A DNA stretch of 64,000 nt from Alphaproteobacteria bacterium. Its GTDB lineage: Bacteria; Pseudomonadota; Alphaproteobacteria; Rs-D84. The notes beneath the pieces are model-generated. The model was not told where the DNA came from, ran no database searches, and was given only the letters and a program-made list of their open reading frames with translations. The translations under genes were made by a program, and so were the position numbers. Below are positions 1 through 9,988 of this stretch, one piece after another (positions within the stretch are counted from its first letter, which is position 1; every line of letters starts with the position of its first letter). The DNA is taken from NCBI GenBank assembly GCA_017511715.1, contig JAFWJF010000002.1, positions 135,781 through 199,780 of the forward strand, written 5' to 3'.

Positions 1-2081
1 GTTGATGGTGTATTGTTTGACAGATCTGCGTTTTCAGAAGGACGGCGACAATTTTGTAATGCATATCGCACAAGTTGTTGATAAAGACTGCCGATATAAT
101 ATTCCCCGCATGTGGCGCTTAAATTTTGATTTATTGGTTGTGGGGCAGATGTGCCACCTGAACATATTGCTTCACCTGGGCATACGCGACATTCTGTTGC
201 ACGATCTTTATTGTAGCAATAGCCGTTAGTTTCGTTGCAATTAGCGTATAAATAGTATCCGTATTTACAAGATGTATATATTTTTGTGTAATCTTTACAT
301 TGTGCCAAGTAATCTTGGAAAGATGTTTGTTGATTTTGGCTTTGTATAAGTATGTTGGTTTTAGAAAAAGGGTTAACCAGTGTTGAATTGCATGTGTCAA
401 CAAGTGCATAACGCGCTTCGCCGGGGGCATAGGCGCGGCAACCATACGGATAAGAGTGAGAAGAATCGTTCACAGGTGGTGCACAAAGATTTTGGACAAA
501 TGTGTTTAACAAGTCTGTACAAGATTGTTCGATGGTTGTTTTTGTAATCGTGCTCATTGTTGCGACCAAAATGTTTAAGCCTGTGTCCCCACCACCATAA
601 AGGTTGCTGCAGCTGTTCAGTTTGTCCGCGCACATCTCTTCTGATAATTCTAGCAGATGATTAAAATGGGTTTTAGAATCTGAACTAACGAGTTTTTTCA
701 GTTGTTCTGATTGATTAAGGTAGCATTCATTAACAACTTGCAAGCATTCGTTTTTTACACTTTGTACGCGTTTTTGCTGTTCTTGATATATTTCAACAAG
801 AGACTGTCGTAAAAATTCGTCCCACACATCATCTGCATTTTCTTGGCATAAATCAAGAGGCTGTTTTGCAAAATCGCGCTTTTTATTAAGTTGATTTATA
901 TAAACTGAATTTTGTTTGTTTTTAAGAGTGTCGCCAGATAAAGAAATTTGATTTTCTATTTGATAAAACTCTGGTGAATATATTGGTTCACCTGTAGTAA
1001 GATTTAAGTATTTACCAGAAAAATCTAGACAATGAACATAGCCTTCGCCACATGCTGTGTCTGCTGTTATTTCGTTCCTTACGTTTGCGATACAATCATT
1101 GATACTGGTTGAATTATGCGCATTGTAGTTTTCAAGTCGGGCATCATGCATTTTTTGACGGGTGTCACGTATGGCTGTGTTTGCGGCTGCTGTTTTGACT
1201 TTCAGATTCTCTGCAAGTACCGCACAATCGTTTTCAATATACATGCCATACGCAGAAGAAATCATTTTCATATCTGAATCTGTACAACTTTGTGAAACCA
1301 AGTCATAACATTGTGTGTGAACAGCGTTGTATAAATTTTCGCCGGTAAGGTTTGCTATGTTAGAACCGCCGATAAGATGAGTCGTGTTCCAAATGGATTT
1401 TATATCGCCGGCAATATCTAGTGTGCCTTGGGTCGACAAAGATTTAGATTTTGATTCGCTTAATACATTTGATATGTTTTTCAGAACGTTTGCACTAAGT
1501 GAAACATCGCGTTTCAGATTTGCTTCGCCTTCTGATTTGGTTATCATTGCATGAACTTCGTCAGAGGTTTTTGGTATCATGCTAATGTTTAATTCGTCAA
1601 AATTTTTCAAGCTGTCGGCTGTTTGTGCCAATGTTTGTTCTTGTTTTTGTACTGATTGTAATTTGGAAGAACACACACAACGGCGATATGTTTCATTTTG
1701 AGTGGCACAAAACTGATCCATACAGGTAAAATAAGCGTCGCGACAGGCATTGTAATTGTTCCCAAATGCTTTTGGTTGAACAGTTGCGGTTGCGCGCGAT
1801 ATAAGTGCGGGACGGGTTGCACTGCGTGAAGTTGTCGTTTGGGCAGAAGTGCGTCCTGTAACAGTTTTTGTCGATGTGCTTCTTGCTGTCGTTTTTCGGG
1901 CAGAATCAGAAATAACAGATACGCGTTGGGAATTTGTACGATTTTGTAGGGCGTTATTTCGTTGGTGCGATATGGCTTGACGCGAAGTTGTTGTGGGAGT
2001 GATGTTTTGTGTACGACTGGCAGCATTGACCGTGTCAATGCATAACAATAACCCAAAGAAAATGATATAAAATTTTCTCAT
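1..2081 (-). CDS. Cys-rich secreted protein, CMDxFC-signature family, paralog 1 (3' end truncated by window edge)
   Basis: Own minus-strand translation from ATG (rev-comp of cat 2079-2081): MRKFYIIFFGLLLCIDTVNA signal peptide, S/T/R-rich linker, then ...YNACRDAYFTCMDQFCATQNETYRRCVCSS... Frame stays open to position 1, so it is absent from the ORF track. Listed ORFs 131..445, 397..633 and 1607..2056 are out-of-frame overlaps. Shares the signature and several other blocks with 2563..4800 and 4820..7285. Confidence 0.6.
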   Translation of the reverse strand, partial: MRKFYIIFFGLLLCIDTVNAASRTQNITPTTTSRQAISHQRNNALQNRTNSQRVSVISDSARKTTARSTSTKTVTGRTSAQTTTSRSATRPALISRATATVQPKAFGNNYNACRDAYFTCMDQFCATQNETYRRCVCSSKLQSVQKQEQTLAQTADSLKNFDELNISMIPKTSDEVHAMITKSEGEANLKRDVSLSANVLKNISNVLSESKSKSLSTQGTLDIAGDIKSIWNTTHLIGGSNIANLTGENLYNAVHTQCYDLVSQSCTDSDMKMISSAYGMYIENDCAVLAENLKVKTAAANTAIRDTRQKMHDARLENYNAHNSTSINDCIANVRNEITADTACGEGYVHCLDFSGKYLNLTTGEPIYSPEFYQIENQISLSGDTLKNKQNSVYINQLNKKRDFAKQPLDLCQENADDVWDEFLRQSLVEIYQEQQKRVQSVKNECLQVVNECYLNQSEQLKKLVSSDSKTHFNHLLELSEEMCADKLNSCSNLYGGGDTGLNILVATMSTITKTTIEQSCTDLLNTFVQNLCAPPVNDSSHSYPYGCRAYAPGEARYALVDTCNSTLVNPFSKTNILIQSQNQQTSFQDYLAQCKDYTKIYTSCKYGYYLYANCNETNGYCYNKDRATECRVCPGEAICSGGTSAPQPINQNLSATCGEYYIGSLYQQLVRYALQNCRRPSENADLSNNTPS

Positions 2082-2183
2082 CCTTCACTTTTTAATAATA
2101 ATATCAAAAACAGCGTGTTTTAAGCAAGGGTATTTTGCAAAAAAAAGCAAATAAAAAATCTACAGAAGTAGATTTTGTTATTG

Positions 2184-2432
2184 TTAATTTGCAGAAGCGT
2201 CTGTTGAAGTGTGCGCGCGTTCAACAAAAGTTATGCGTCCCTTGTCTAAATCATAAGGGGTCATTTCAACATGTACTTTTTCGCCAACGTTAACCCAGAT
2301 TCTGGCTTTGCGCATTTTTCCGCAAACTGTCGCCAAAATCATGTGTCCGTTTTCAAGGCGAACACGAAACATTGTGTTTGGCAGTCTTTCTTCGACTGTA
2401 CCAGAAAAAACAATTACGTCATCTTTTGCCAT
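2184..2432 (-). CDS. infA: translation initiation factor IF-1
   Basis: Last 82 aa of ORF 2184..2756 read [69 protein letters not shown], the canonical IF-1 S1-like sequence. The upstream 108 aa of the listed ORF are unrelated, so the start is placed at the MAKDD ATG. Confidence 0.85.
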   Translation of the reverse strand: MAKDDVIVFSGTVEERLPNTMFRVRLENGHMILATVCGKMRKARIWVNVGEKVHVEMTPYDLDKGRITFVERAHTSTDASAN

Positions 2433-2562
2433 AAATAAAACCCTTGTTCGTTGTCTGAGTAATGATATTAAGCACAGAATAAAATTGCAAGAAGTTTTTA
2501 TATCCGCTTGCAAGGTTATGTTTTTTTTGATAAAATAATATAAAAATGTGGGAAGGTTTCTT

Positions 2563-4800
2563 ATGAAAATGATAAAGATTTTGCCGGTTTTATTGGTGTT
2601 TCCATTGGTTGTATATGGGGCTTCTCGTACGGATTCAACTGTTCGTGTTGGTGTTGGACGTAATAACCAAGCGGGCGCAAGGATGCCTGCTATTTCTGGG
2701 GCCGTTGTGCAGGCCGCGTTGGAAAAAATTTCTGTTTCAGGTGGGCAAAAGCCCAAGTCAGAAACAAGTTCTGCGACCGTGGTTGCATCTGTGCCTGTGG
2801 CGACAGCATCTTCTGATGCAACTGTTTCGGCACCGGTTGATGCAGAGACTGTATCAGTTGTGGCAAGTGGTGATTGCAGGGATGCTTATCGTGCGTGTAT
2901 GGACAGTTTTTGTTTGTTGGAAGAAAGCCAGGGTGAAAGATGTGCGTGTTCAGATAATATAGAATACGCAAAAGGTAAGATTAAGACAATTCTTGCCATC
3001 CAAGCAGAAGCAGATAAGTTGTATACAGAAGGTGTTGAACGCGAACAATTGGGTGCAAAAGCCCGTTTGGTGTTTGCAGATAATAATACAAGTACAAAGA
3101 TTTCAAGTGTCGATTTTATGGGGTGGTTGTACGGCGATAAAGAAGATGTTGAAGAAAGTGGTGATGTTGGCGAAGATGTTGAATTAGGGGACGATTTGTA
3201 TCAGATGGCGGTTAAATATTGTTCTGCTGAACTGGATTCTTGTGGAAGCAAGGCCGAAATGGAATCTATGTTGTATTCGCGCATGATAGTCCAAGATTGT
3301 AAGAATTATGATTCTTATTTGGCAGACCAAAAACTTAATGCGGAATCTAATAAGCGCACCGCAGAATCTGCGGTTCGTAAAGCGCGTCTTGAAATGTTGG
3401 ATACAACGAACAAATACAATCGTGGTGAATGTTTGTTGGCGTTTCGTTCTTGTGTTGCAGACAAAGGTGGATGTGGTACGAATTTCGAGAATTGCCTTGA
3501 TAAAAAATTGTTGCAACGTCGTTCAAATGCCTGTGAAAATGTGTTAGACCAATGTATGGCAGTGCGTGATTATGTTATTGAAGATTGGACGGCAGAATCA
3601 AAAAGTATCTTGGCAGAGGCTGAAAAATATGCCGACAAAAACGAACGTTTAACATGTCTGGCGCGTGCACAAAACTGTTTGGAAGAGGGGTGCTCTACAT
3701 CAACAAACGCGGAATGTTTGACCAATGTAAATGTTGCGGCTGGAATCTGTCCTGTAATCACAGAATGTGATGCAAAAATTCCTGGTTTTCAGGCTGTTAT
3801 AAATGATAAATTGGGATATTTACAGATTAAGTTTTGTGAAAATGACATAGATAAATGCTTGCAAGATAAATGTGGTGTTGATTTTACAAAGCCTGAATGT
3901 GTTGGTAAACGCCCGTATGAAATAGCAGCACTTTGTCCCCAGGATATGTTCTCGTCTTGTAAGAATGTCGAACAATACGATATAATTGTACAGGCGGCAC
4001 TTTTGCAGATGGATTATCAAATATTGCAAGGTTGTGTGAATTATTTTGGTGAACAGTTAGGCAAAGTTTGTGGGACAGATATGGCGTGTTTACCGATTGA
4101 TGCAACCGTTGAATCTTTGACAGATTTGCCGGATACAGAAGAGGGTTTGCAAAATTTGCGTAGAACAGTCGTTGCGAATTCTGACGCGGCGGTTGAAGAA
4201 TTCTTTGTTCAATTTGAACAGGATAAGACAGTTGCAGCATGTGCTGATATGCAAAGTGCAGAGGTCGCAAAGAAGAGTTCTGTGAAACTTAAAGATAAAG
4301 AACCTTTGGGGGTAAGTGTGTTTAATACTGCTAAATTGTTGGCAAAAATGGCAGCGGAAAATCGCAATTTGCGTGAACTTGATTCTAAGATAGCGGAAAT
4401 TGCACGCGAAAAAGATTTGGAAGAAGCCAAAAAGATTTGTTTAAGTACATATAAGCCAGAAAAACCAAAAGGTTCAACAGATGACGATTCAGACGAAGCG
4501 AAATCTAATTACAGTTATATACGCACCGTGTCGTTTGAACCTGATTTGCGTAACTGTCATGTTTGTCGCAGACAGCAAGTTTGTGAAGAAGGTGGCGAAT
4601 CTGCAGCGACATCTGCATTGAAAGCGGCGGCGGGTGGTTTGTCTGCCGGGGCGGCTTCTGGAACAATGGTCAGTGCTGGATGGGGAACTGCGATTGGTGG
4701 ACTGGTTGGCGGAATCGGTGGCGCAGTGATGGGCGCAATGTCTGGTGGTAAAAAACAGTTCTGTCAAGAAGTTGAATCTTGTGAAGATATAAATATGTAA
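2563..4800 (+). CDS. Cys-rich secreted protein, CMDxFC-signature family, paralog 2
   Basis: GGAAGG RBS 6 nt before ATG 2563 (the ORF-track start 2548 is a GTG). Signal peptide [24 protein letters not shown]-rich linker, then [27 protein letters not shown]. More than 50 Cys. Tail ...[16 protein letters not shown]... followed by the Gly-zipper segment [42 protein letters not shown]. Confidence 0.7.
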   Translation: MKMIKILPVLLVFPLVVYGASRTDSTVRVGVGRNNQAGARMPAISGAVVQAALEKISVSGGQKPKSETSSATVVASVPVATASSDATVSAPVDAETVSVVASGDCRDAYRACMDSFCLLEESQGERCACSDNIEYAKGKIKTILAIQAEADKLYTEGVEREQLGAKARLVFADNNTSTKISSVDFMGWLYGDKEDVEESGDVGEDVELGDDLYQMAVKYCSAELDSCGSKAEMESMLYSRMIVQDCKNYDSYLADQKLNAESNKRTAESAVRKARLEMLDTTNKYNRGECLLAFRSCVADKGGCGTNFENCLDKKLLQRRSNACENVLDQCMAVRDYVIEDWTAESKSILAEAEKYADKNERLTCLARAQNCLEEGCSTSTNAECLTNVNVAAGICPVITECDAKIPGFQAVINDKLGYLQIKFCENDIDKCLQDKCGVDFTKPECVGKRPYEIAALCPQDMFSSCKNVEQYDIIVQAALLQMDYQILQGCVNYFGEQLGKVCGTDMACLPIDATVESLTDLPDTEEGLQNLRRTVVANSDAAVEEFFVQFEQDKTVAACADMQSAEVAKKSSVKLKDKEPLGVSVFNTAKLLAKMAAENRNLRELDSKIAEIAREKDLEEAKKICLSTYKPEKPKGSTDDDSDEAKSNYSYIRTVSFEPDLRNCHVCRRQQVCEEGGESAATSALKAAAGGLSAGAASGTMVSAGWGTAIGGLVGGIGGAVMGAMSGGKKQFCQEVESCEDINM

Positions 4801-4819
4801 AGAAACAAAAGGGAAGAAA

Positions 4820-7285
4820 ATGAGAAAAATATTAGGTTTCGGTTTTTTTGCAAGTTTGTTGGTGGCCTTGGTTGGTGTGGTGGATGCCGGTGCCGCAACA
4901 AAAAATACTGTTGTGAAAAAGCAGGCTGCATTACAGGCCGGAACAAAAGTGCGCACCAGATTAGCACCAACTGGTATTTATGATGAGGCTTGTTATAACC
5001 AATATTTTGGTTGTATGGATCAGTTTTGTATCGTTGATAATGAAAATGGTGGTTCGTGTATGTGCAGTGATGATGCCGCAAAATATGACGAACAGTTGGA
5101 AGCAATAAAAAATACTTTGGTGGAAGCAGAACGTATCAGCACAGAAGAGGTTGAAAAGATTCAAGCGGGGGCCAATGCTGATATTATATTTAATGGCGGT
5201 GAACGTATTTATAACGAAGAGGGTAATGTTGTAAAAGTCGGGGAAAAACCGAAAACACAAGTCACACTTTCGTCGTTTTCGTTGTTTGACACAGAGGAAG
5301 AAGATGTTGACGAATGGGTTGATATTGATTTATCTGATAAGGTAGGAAGGTCTTTGTACAATGCTGCGCATCGTTTGTGTGTTGAACAAATGTCAGAATC
5401 TTGCGACAAAGATATGATGATGCTGACCCAGTTGTATTCTCGTCAAATTATTTCTGATTGCAAGGGTTTGGCAAATTCCATTGCGCAAAAGAAACAAGAA
5501 GCGGATAGTATTTTAGCGAAAGCAAAGGCGGCGGTGCGCGGTGCATTGAAAGAAAGTTTTGAAGAAGCCAATAAATATGATCGCGGAACATGCATGGTTG
5601 AATATAAAAAATGTATGCGCAGTGAAGATGCTTGTGGGGCAAATTGGGAAAATTGTGTCTTTACAATTGCCTCTGAAAACATGCAAAACAATGCTGCAGA
5701 AAGCGTTGCCGGAACAAAAGTTGATACGATTAACACATATGATATAACCGCATCGACAATGGAAATATTAGAATCTAAACGTTTTATCTGTGAAAAAGTT
5801 TTAGATAATTGTATGGCGGTTCGTAATTATGTTTGGAATGATTTCTTGCGTGAATCTGCGCCAACAATTCGTTTGGCAGAACAAAATATAGAATCACAAA
5901 AACGTCAATCGTGTTTAAGCGATATTTCAGATTGTATCCAAAAGGCATGTAAAGATGATATCGTTGGCAAAGGCGAAGCAACAATGGATGCATGTCTTGC
6001 CCGTCCAGATATGGCACGTTCGTTCTGCAAAATTCAAATTGATCCATGCGAAAGAATGGAACCTCAAATTTGGGATTATGTAAAATCTAAATTGGCGGCA
6101 ATGCGTGTTGATGTTTGCACCCAGGAAGTTAAAGATTGTATCACGGATGAAAACAGATGCGGCAAAGATTTTATGAATTGTATTGGTATGGATTTCAAAT
6201 ATATTCATGATATGTGCCCACTTGATAAATTAGTGGTCTGCAAACAGGCAAACCCAGATTTCCAAATGTCTGATTTAGATTCTATGTTAATGGGGCTTTA
6301 TTTGAATATTGATAACAAGGCACTTGAAAACTGTGAAAATCTGGCAGAAATGAAAATGGCGGAATTATGTGGGTCAACAACAGATTGTAATGTTTTTGCC
6401 GCAGATGAATATCTGGGGACAAATTCAATCAGGTCCCAAAAAGACGGCAGTATATATCGTGTGACAGGTATGATTTCATTTGGTTCAATAAAGATGGGTA
6501 ATGCCACAGGCAGTGTGAAAGATAACGGCAAAGTTTTGTTGCCTGGTGAAATTGGAGTCAAAGATTATATCAGGGAAGTTAAAAAGAATAATAGAAGTGT
6601 AGAAAATGCCGATGCGATAATATCTTCGATTGAAGAAGAATTGAATAATATCGAAGGAACAATTAACAGGGCAATATCTTTGATAGAATCAGATCAACAA
6701 ATACAATATTGTATCAATGGTCGTGATTTATCTCAAATCAATGGTCAAAAAGCGAGTGCAAGAAATACAACAACGGCAAGATTCCCGAATTTGTTAAACC
6801 AGTATCGTGTGATTATTGGTATGGCTGCATTACGCAAGGCGCAAGATAACTATAACAAAAAAGTAAATGAAGAAATAGCGGAAGCCGCCAGAAATTCTTC
6901 TGTAGATCTTGCACAATATTTGTGTCAGAGAATTGCGGATGCAGGTTCAACATCCAGTAGGGATAACAAAATTATTGATGAAACGCCGTTGACCCCACCA
7001 TATGCGATATCTTATGATGTCGGTTCGGGGCTTAGCACAAAAGATTTGATTGCAAATGGTGCTGGCACTTCGGTAAAGACATCCGGTGTTGGTGGTGGTG
7101 AAACGGGAACTAGTATAAGCACACTTGTTAATGCGTCATTTGACCGCGAAAAAAGAAATTGTCATATTTGCCGTACTATAACAGCGGAAGCGTGTTCGCG
7201 CAAAGGTGGCAGTTGGTTCCGTACACGTGATATTAATTGTAAAACTGATGTTCATGAACCAAATTGTGAAGATGTCAAGATGTAG
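4820..7285 (+). CDS. Cys-rich secreted protein, CMDxFC-signature family, paralog 3
   Basis: Starts 20 nt after the stop of paralog 2, so likely co-transcribed. Signal peptide, then CYNQYFGCMDQFCIVDNENGGSCMCSD. Shares blocks with paralog 2: LYSR.I..DCK, RG.C....C.....CG.N.ENC, CMAVR.YV. C-terminal motif ...KRNCHICRT... Confidence 0.7.
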   Translation: MRKILGFGFFASLLVALVGVVDAGAATKNTVVKKQAALQAGTKVRTRLAPTGIYDEACYNQYFGCMDQFCIVDNENGGSCMCSDDAAKYDEQLEAIKNTLVEAERISTEEVEKIQAGANADIIFNGGERIYNEEGNVVKVGEKPKTQVTLSSFSLFDTEEEDVDEWVDIDLSDKVGRSLYNAAHRLCVEQMSESCDKDMMMLTQLYSRQIISDCKGLANSIAQKKQEADSILAKAKAAVRGALKESFEEANKYDRGTCMVEYKKCMRSEDACGANWENCVFTIASENMQNNAAESVAGTKVDTINTYDITASTMEILESKRFICEKVLDNCMAVRNYVWNDFLRESAPTIRLAEQNIESQKRQSCLSDISDCIQKACKDDIVGKGEATMDACLARPDMARSFCKIQIDPCERMEPQIWDYVKSKLAAMRVDVCTQEVKDCITDENRCGKDFMNCIGMDFKYIHDMCPLDKLVVCKQANPDFQMSDLDSMLMGLYLNIDNKALENCENLAEMKMAELCGSTTDCNVFAADEYLGTNSIRSQKDGSIYRVTGMISFGSIKMGNATGSVKDNGKVLLPGEIGVKDYIREVKKNNRSVENADAIISSIEEELNNIEGTINRAISLIESDQQIQYCINGRDLSQINGQKASARNTTTARFPNLLNQYRVIIGMAALRKAQDNYNKKVNEEIAEAARNSSVDLAQYLCQRIADAGSTSSRDNKIIDETPLTPPYAISYDVGSGLSTKDLIANGAGTSVKTSGVGGGETGTSISTLVNASFDREKRNCHICRTITAEACSRKGGSWFRTRDINCKTDVHEPNCEDVKM

Positions 7286-7290
7286 TTAAA

Positions 7291-7314
7291 ACCGCCCGTT
7301 TGGGCGGTTTTTTG
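7291..7314 (+). terminator. rho-independent terminator
   Basis: CCGCCCgtttGGGCGG hairpin followed by TTTTTT, directly after the stop at 7285. Confidence 0.7.
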
Positions 7315-7395
7315 GTAAATCGTTCCTAGATATTTTTGTGCCTGTGTTTGTTATAATTCAGACATGGAAAACAAAATAACAAATGGAGAAAAATC

Positions 7396-7749
7396 ATGAA
7401 AAAAATATCTGTTATGGCTTTGATTGCGTGTATGCCAATTTGTGGCGCGTTCGCTGGTCCCGGTAAAAATATGAACAATAATATGAATACACATCCTGCG
7501 GTTTGGAATGTCACAGAAGTTATTTCTTTGCCAGATGATACACCGGTTGTGATGCGTGGTCGTATAACAAAAAATATGGGAAACAATATTTTTGTTTTTG
7601 AGGATGCTTCTGGAACAATTATGATGGAAATCGATGAAGAATCTTGGAACGGTAATACGGTTCGTGTTGATGATGTTGTGACCGTTTATGGTAATGTAGA
7701 CAAAGGTTCTAATTATACTGAAATCGATGTTGAATCTATTGTAAAATAA
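7396..7749 (+). CDS. BOF/YgiW family periplasmic OB-fold protein
   Basis: About 117 aa with a signal peptide. Size and the pattern ...NIFVFEDASGTIMMEIDEESW...VTVYGNVDKG...TEIDVESI match the YgiW/BOF (DUF388) fold. Confidence 0.65.
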   Translation: MKKISVMALIACMPICGAFAGPGKNMNNNMNTHPAVWNVTEVISLPDDTPVVMRGRITKNMGNNIFVFEDASGTIMMEIDEESWNGNTVRVDDVVTVYGNVDKGSNYTEIDVESIVK

Positions 7750-7776
7750 AAAATGCCCGGTTGGGCATTTTTTATT
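7750..7776 (+). terminator. rho-independent terminator
   Basis: AAAAATGCCCggttGGGCATTTTTTA hairpin plus T-run. Confidence 0.7.
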
Positions 7777-7820
7777 TGTTCTTTCTTTTTATATCTTTTT
7801 ATGGTATAATTATGCCCATA

Positions 7821-8801
7821 ATGAAAAACAAAAAATCTTTATTTTCTGTTGCAATGCTTTTGCTGTGCGCACCGGCGTTTGCAGGTTGGCAATATGACGG
7901 TTATTATGTTGATGATGGCTATTACGAAGATGATGGTTCGCGTCTTACAGTAAGTTTGCGCGGTGGGTTATCGTTGGCAAATGCCAAGATGAAAAATGAA
8001 GTCGGCAATTTGGATGCTTATTATTATGTTAACCCGACAAGTGGTGCCGCGGTTTCATTGCGATACTTCACAGACGAAGCAGATGCAGAAGCAAACGGTT
8101 TTACAGATGTTGCTGTGGGTAATATCAGCAGTTTACCTGTGAAAGAAAAATTTTCTAAAACCGCTTTTACTGCGGGGGCAAGTATAGGTTTTACTGTGCC
8201 GAATCGTCCACAGTGGCGATTGGAAGCCGGGTATGATTATATTTCCGAAACAGAATATAATCAGGTTCCTTTGTTCGAAGGCGAAATGAATGTGCGTGGC
8301 GAATTCAACGGAACAATACATGTTGCAAGCAGTGGCGTGACATCAACAATATCAACAGATGTAATATCTGCGATGGCATACTATGATTTTTTTGACGGGA
8401 ATAAAAAACAATTAAATAAAATAATTCCTTATGTTGGTTTAGGGGTCGGTTATGCGACTTCGCGTACAACAATGAAGTTGTCTGATATTTATGGCGACTT
8501 GTCAACAGATTCTAATTTGCTGAATTATGGAACGGCTGATTCAAGTGGAATAATACAATTTGAACCTCCCGCTGATTCGTCTAAATATCCGACTTCTACA
8601 AATGTTGCAGCAATCGGTGCAATTGGTGCGTCATATGGGATAAGCGAATATACTTTCCTTGATTTCAGTGCGCGTTTTATGTACATCCCAACAATAAAGT
8701 GGAATCTGGTTAATTCTGATGGAACACAACATCGCGAATGGTTCAGTGCTGAAAATATGATATACACCAATTTAATGCTTGGTTTGCGTTTCGAATTTTA
8801 A
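7821..8801 (+). CDS. outer-membrane beta-barrel protein (OmpA-like/porin family)
   Basis: Signal peptide MKNKKSLFSVAMLLLCAPAFA, alternating hydrophobic beta-strand pattern, C-terminal ...LMLGLRFEF with terminal Phe. An extended -10 box TGgTATAAT at 7802-7810 supports the downstream ATG rather than the ORF-track start 7761. Confidence 0.55.
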   Translation: MKNKKSLFSVAMLLLCAPAFAGWQYDGYYVDDGYYEDDGSRLTVSLRGGLSLANAKMKNEVGNLDAYYYVNPTSGAAVSLRYFTDEADAEANGFTDVAVGNISSLPVKEKFSKTAFTAGASIGFTVPNRPQWRLEAGYDYISETEYNQVPLFEGEMNVRGEFNGTIHVASSGVTSTISTDVISAMAYYDFFDGNKKQLNKIIPYVGLGVGYATSRTTMKLSDIYGDLSTDSNLLNYGTADSSGIIQFEPPADSSKYPTSTNVAAIGAIGASYGISEYTFLDFSARFMYIPTIKWNLVNSDGTQHREWFSAENMIYTNLMLGLRFEF

Positions 8802-8812
8802 TCGATTGTTTT

Positions 8813-9895
8813 TTATGGTTCATTAAACAAACGGGCAGGGTCAACAGATTTGTTGCCACGGCGTACTTCCAAGTACATTTCGGGTTTGTTTTCGTTCATT
8901 CTGCCAATCGGTTCGCCGGCCAAGACTTCCTGACCTACAATTGCATCAATTGACCCCATGTTTGTCATCACAGTATTATATCCGTTTTTGTGGGACATGA
9001 TTATAACTTTGCCAAAGCCACGGAAACTGTCTGCGAATTTTACAACGCCATCAGCTGGTGCCATAACCAATGCATCGCCGCGCGTGCGTATGCGCCATCC
9101 GTCTGATTTTAAGCCCAGTGCTGTCTTTTCGCCATATCGGACAACCAGTTTTCCGCGGACAGGGACATTTAATTTCCGTTTGGAAAATTTTGCGTCGCTG
9201 GACATTTCTGACGATCCAACCCCGGCAGACAATTCAGAAATATTTTTAGCGCGTGCAGATAATTTTTTGAGTTTATCTTGCAGGGCAATTTGTTGGTTTT
9301 TCAATTTTTCGTTTTGTGCGCTGCGTGTTTTCAATAATTTATCCAGTTCATTTTTTTCAGCGGAATATTTTTTCGCACTTCTATCAAGTTTTTCTTTTTC
9401 ATTTGTTCGTTCATCGTGGATTTTATCAAGCGTTTTTAATTTTTGGGTCGCATCCATTATCTGATTATCAAATTTATCTGATAGCGAAGCCAGCAAGACA
9501 GAAGTCAGCACATAATCATGCATTGTTTGTGAATCAAAATTTGGGTTGTTTGCAATATACAGCATGCTGGCTGTTGCTTCGGCTATGCCGTTATGGCTGG
9601 CGTTTAATTCGGCATTTATTTTATCGCGCTGATTGTCTAGTTCTGTAATGCGTTTAAGCAGGGCGCCACGTTGTTCTTCCAAAGAACTTACTTTGTCAGC
9701 GGTTTTTACCAACTGTTTTTTTGTCTTTTCCACGTCTTTGGTTGAATTTTTCAGTTGTTGTTCAATTTTTTTATTCTGTATTTCTGTTTGTTTTATCTGG
9801 TTCTGAATCTTGGTCAGTTCTGTGTTTGCGGCAAGTCCTGGCAGGCTAGTGCTGCAAAAAATGACACTGTAAAGAATAAATTTTGTTTTCGACAT
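8813..9895 (-). CDS. M23/LytM-family murein hydrolase activator (EnvC-like, coiled-coil + LytM domain)
   Basis: Signal peptide, a long Q/K/E-rich coiled coil, and a C-terminal LytM-like domain (...GWRIRTRGDALVMAPADGVVKFAD..GFGKVIIMSHKNGYNTVMTNMGSI...). Confidence 0.7.
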   Translation of the reverse strand: MSKTKFILYSVIFCSTSLPGLAANTELTKIQNQIKQTEIQNKKIEQQLKNSTKDVEKTKKQLVKTADKVSSLEEQRGALLKRITELDNQRDKINAELNASHNGIAEATASMLYIANNPNFDSQTMHDYVLTSVLLASLSDKFDNQIMDATQKLKTLDKIHDERTNEKEKLDRSAKKYSAEKNELDKLLKTRSAQNEKLKNQQIALQDKLKKLSARAKNISELSAGVGSSEMSSDAKFSKRKLNVPVRGKLVVRYGEKTALGLKSDGWRIRTRGDALVMAPADGVVKFADSFRGFGKVIIMSHKNGYNTVMTNMGSIDAIVGQEVLAGEPIGRMNENKPEMYLEVRRGNKSVDPARLFNEP

Positions 9896-9988
9896 CAGGT
9901 TTATTTTATCAAAACAATAAAAAAATGTAAATCTTGGATTTTATAAATATCTATTGACAAAATAAAAAATCTGTCTATCATATAAGGT

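Noticed and set aside
131-2056. ORF-track ORFs 131..445, 397..633 and 1607..2056 on the minus strand
   Set aside because: They are out-of-frame overlaps of the long edge-truncated minus-strand ORF 1..2081, which has the signal peptide and family signature. They have no independent support.
2433-2756. N-terminal 108 aa of ORF 2184..2756 as part of infA
   Set aside because: IF-1 is a ~72-aa protein and homology starts at MAKDD (2432). The upstream extension is unrelated and overlaps the promoter region of gene 2563.
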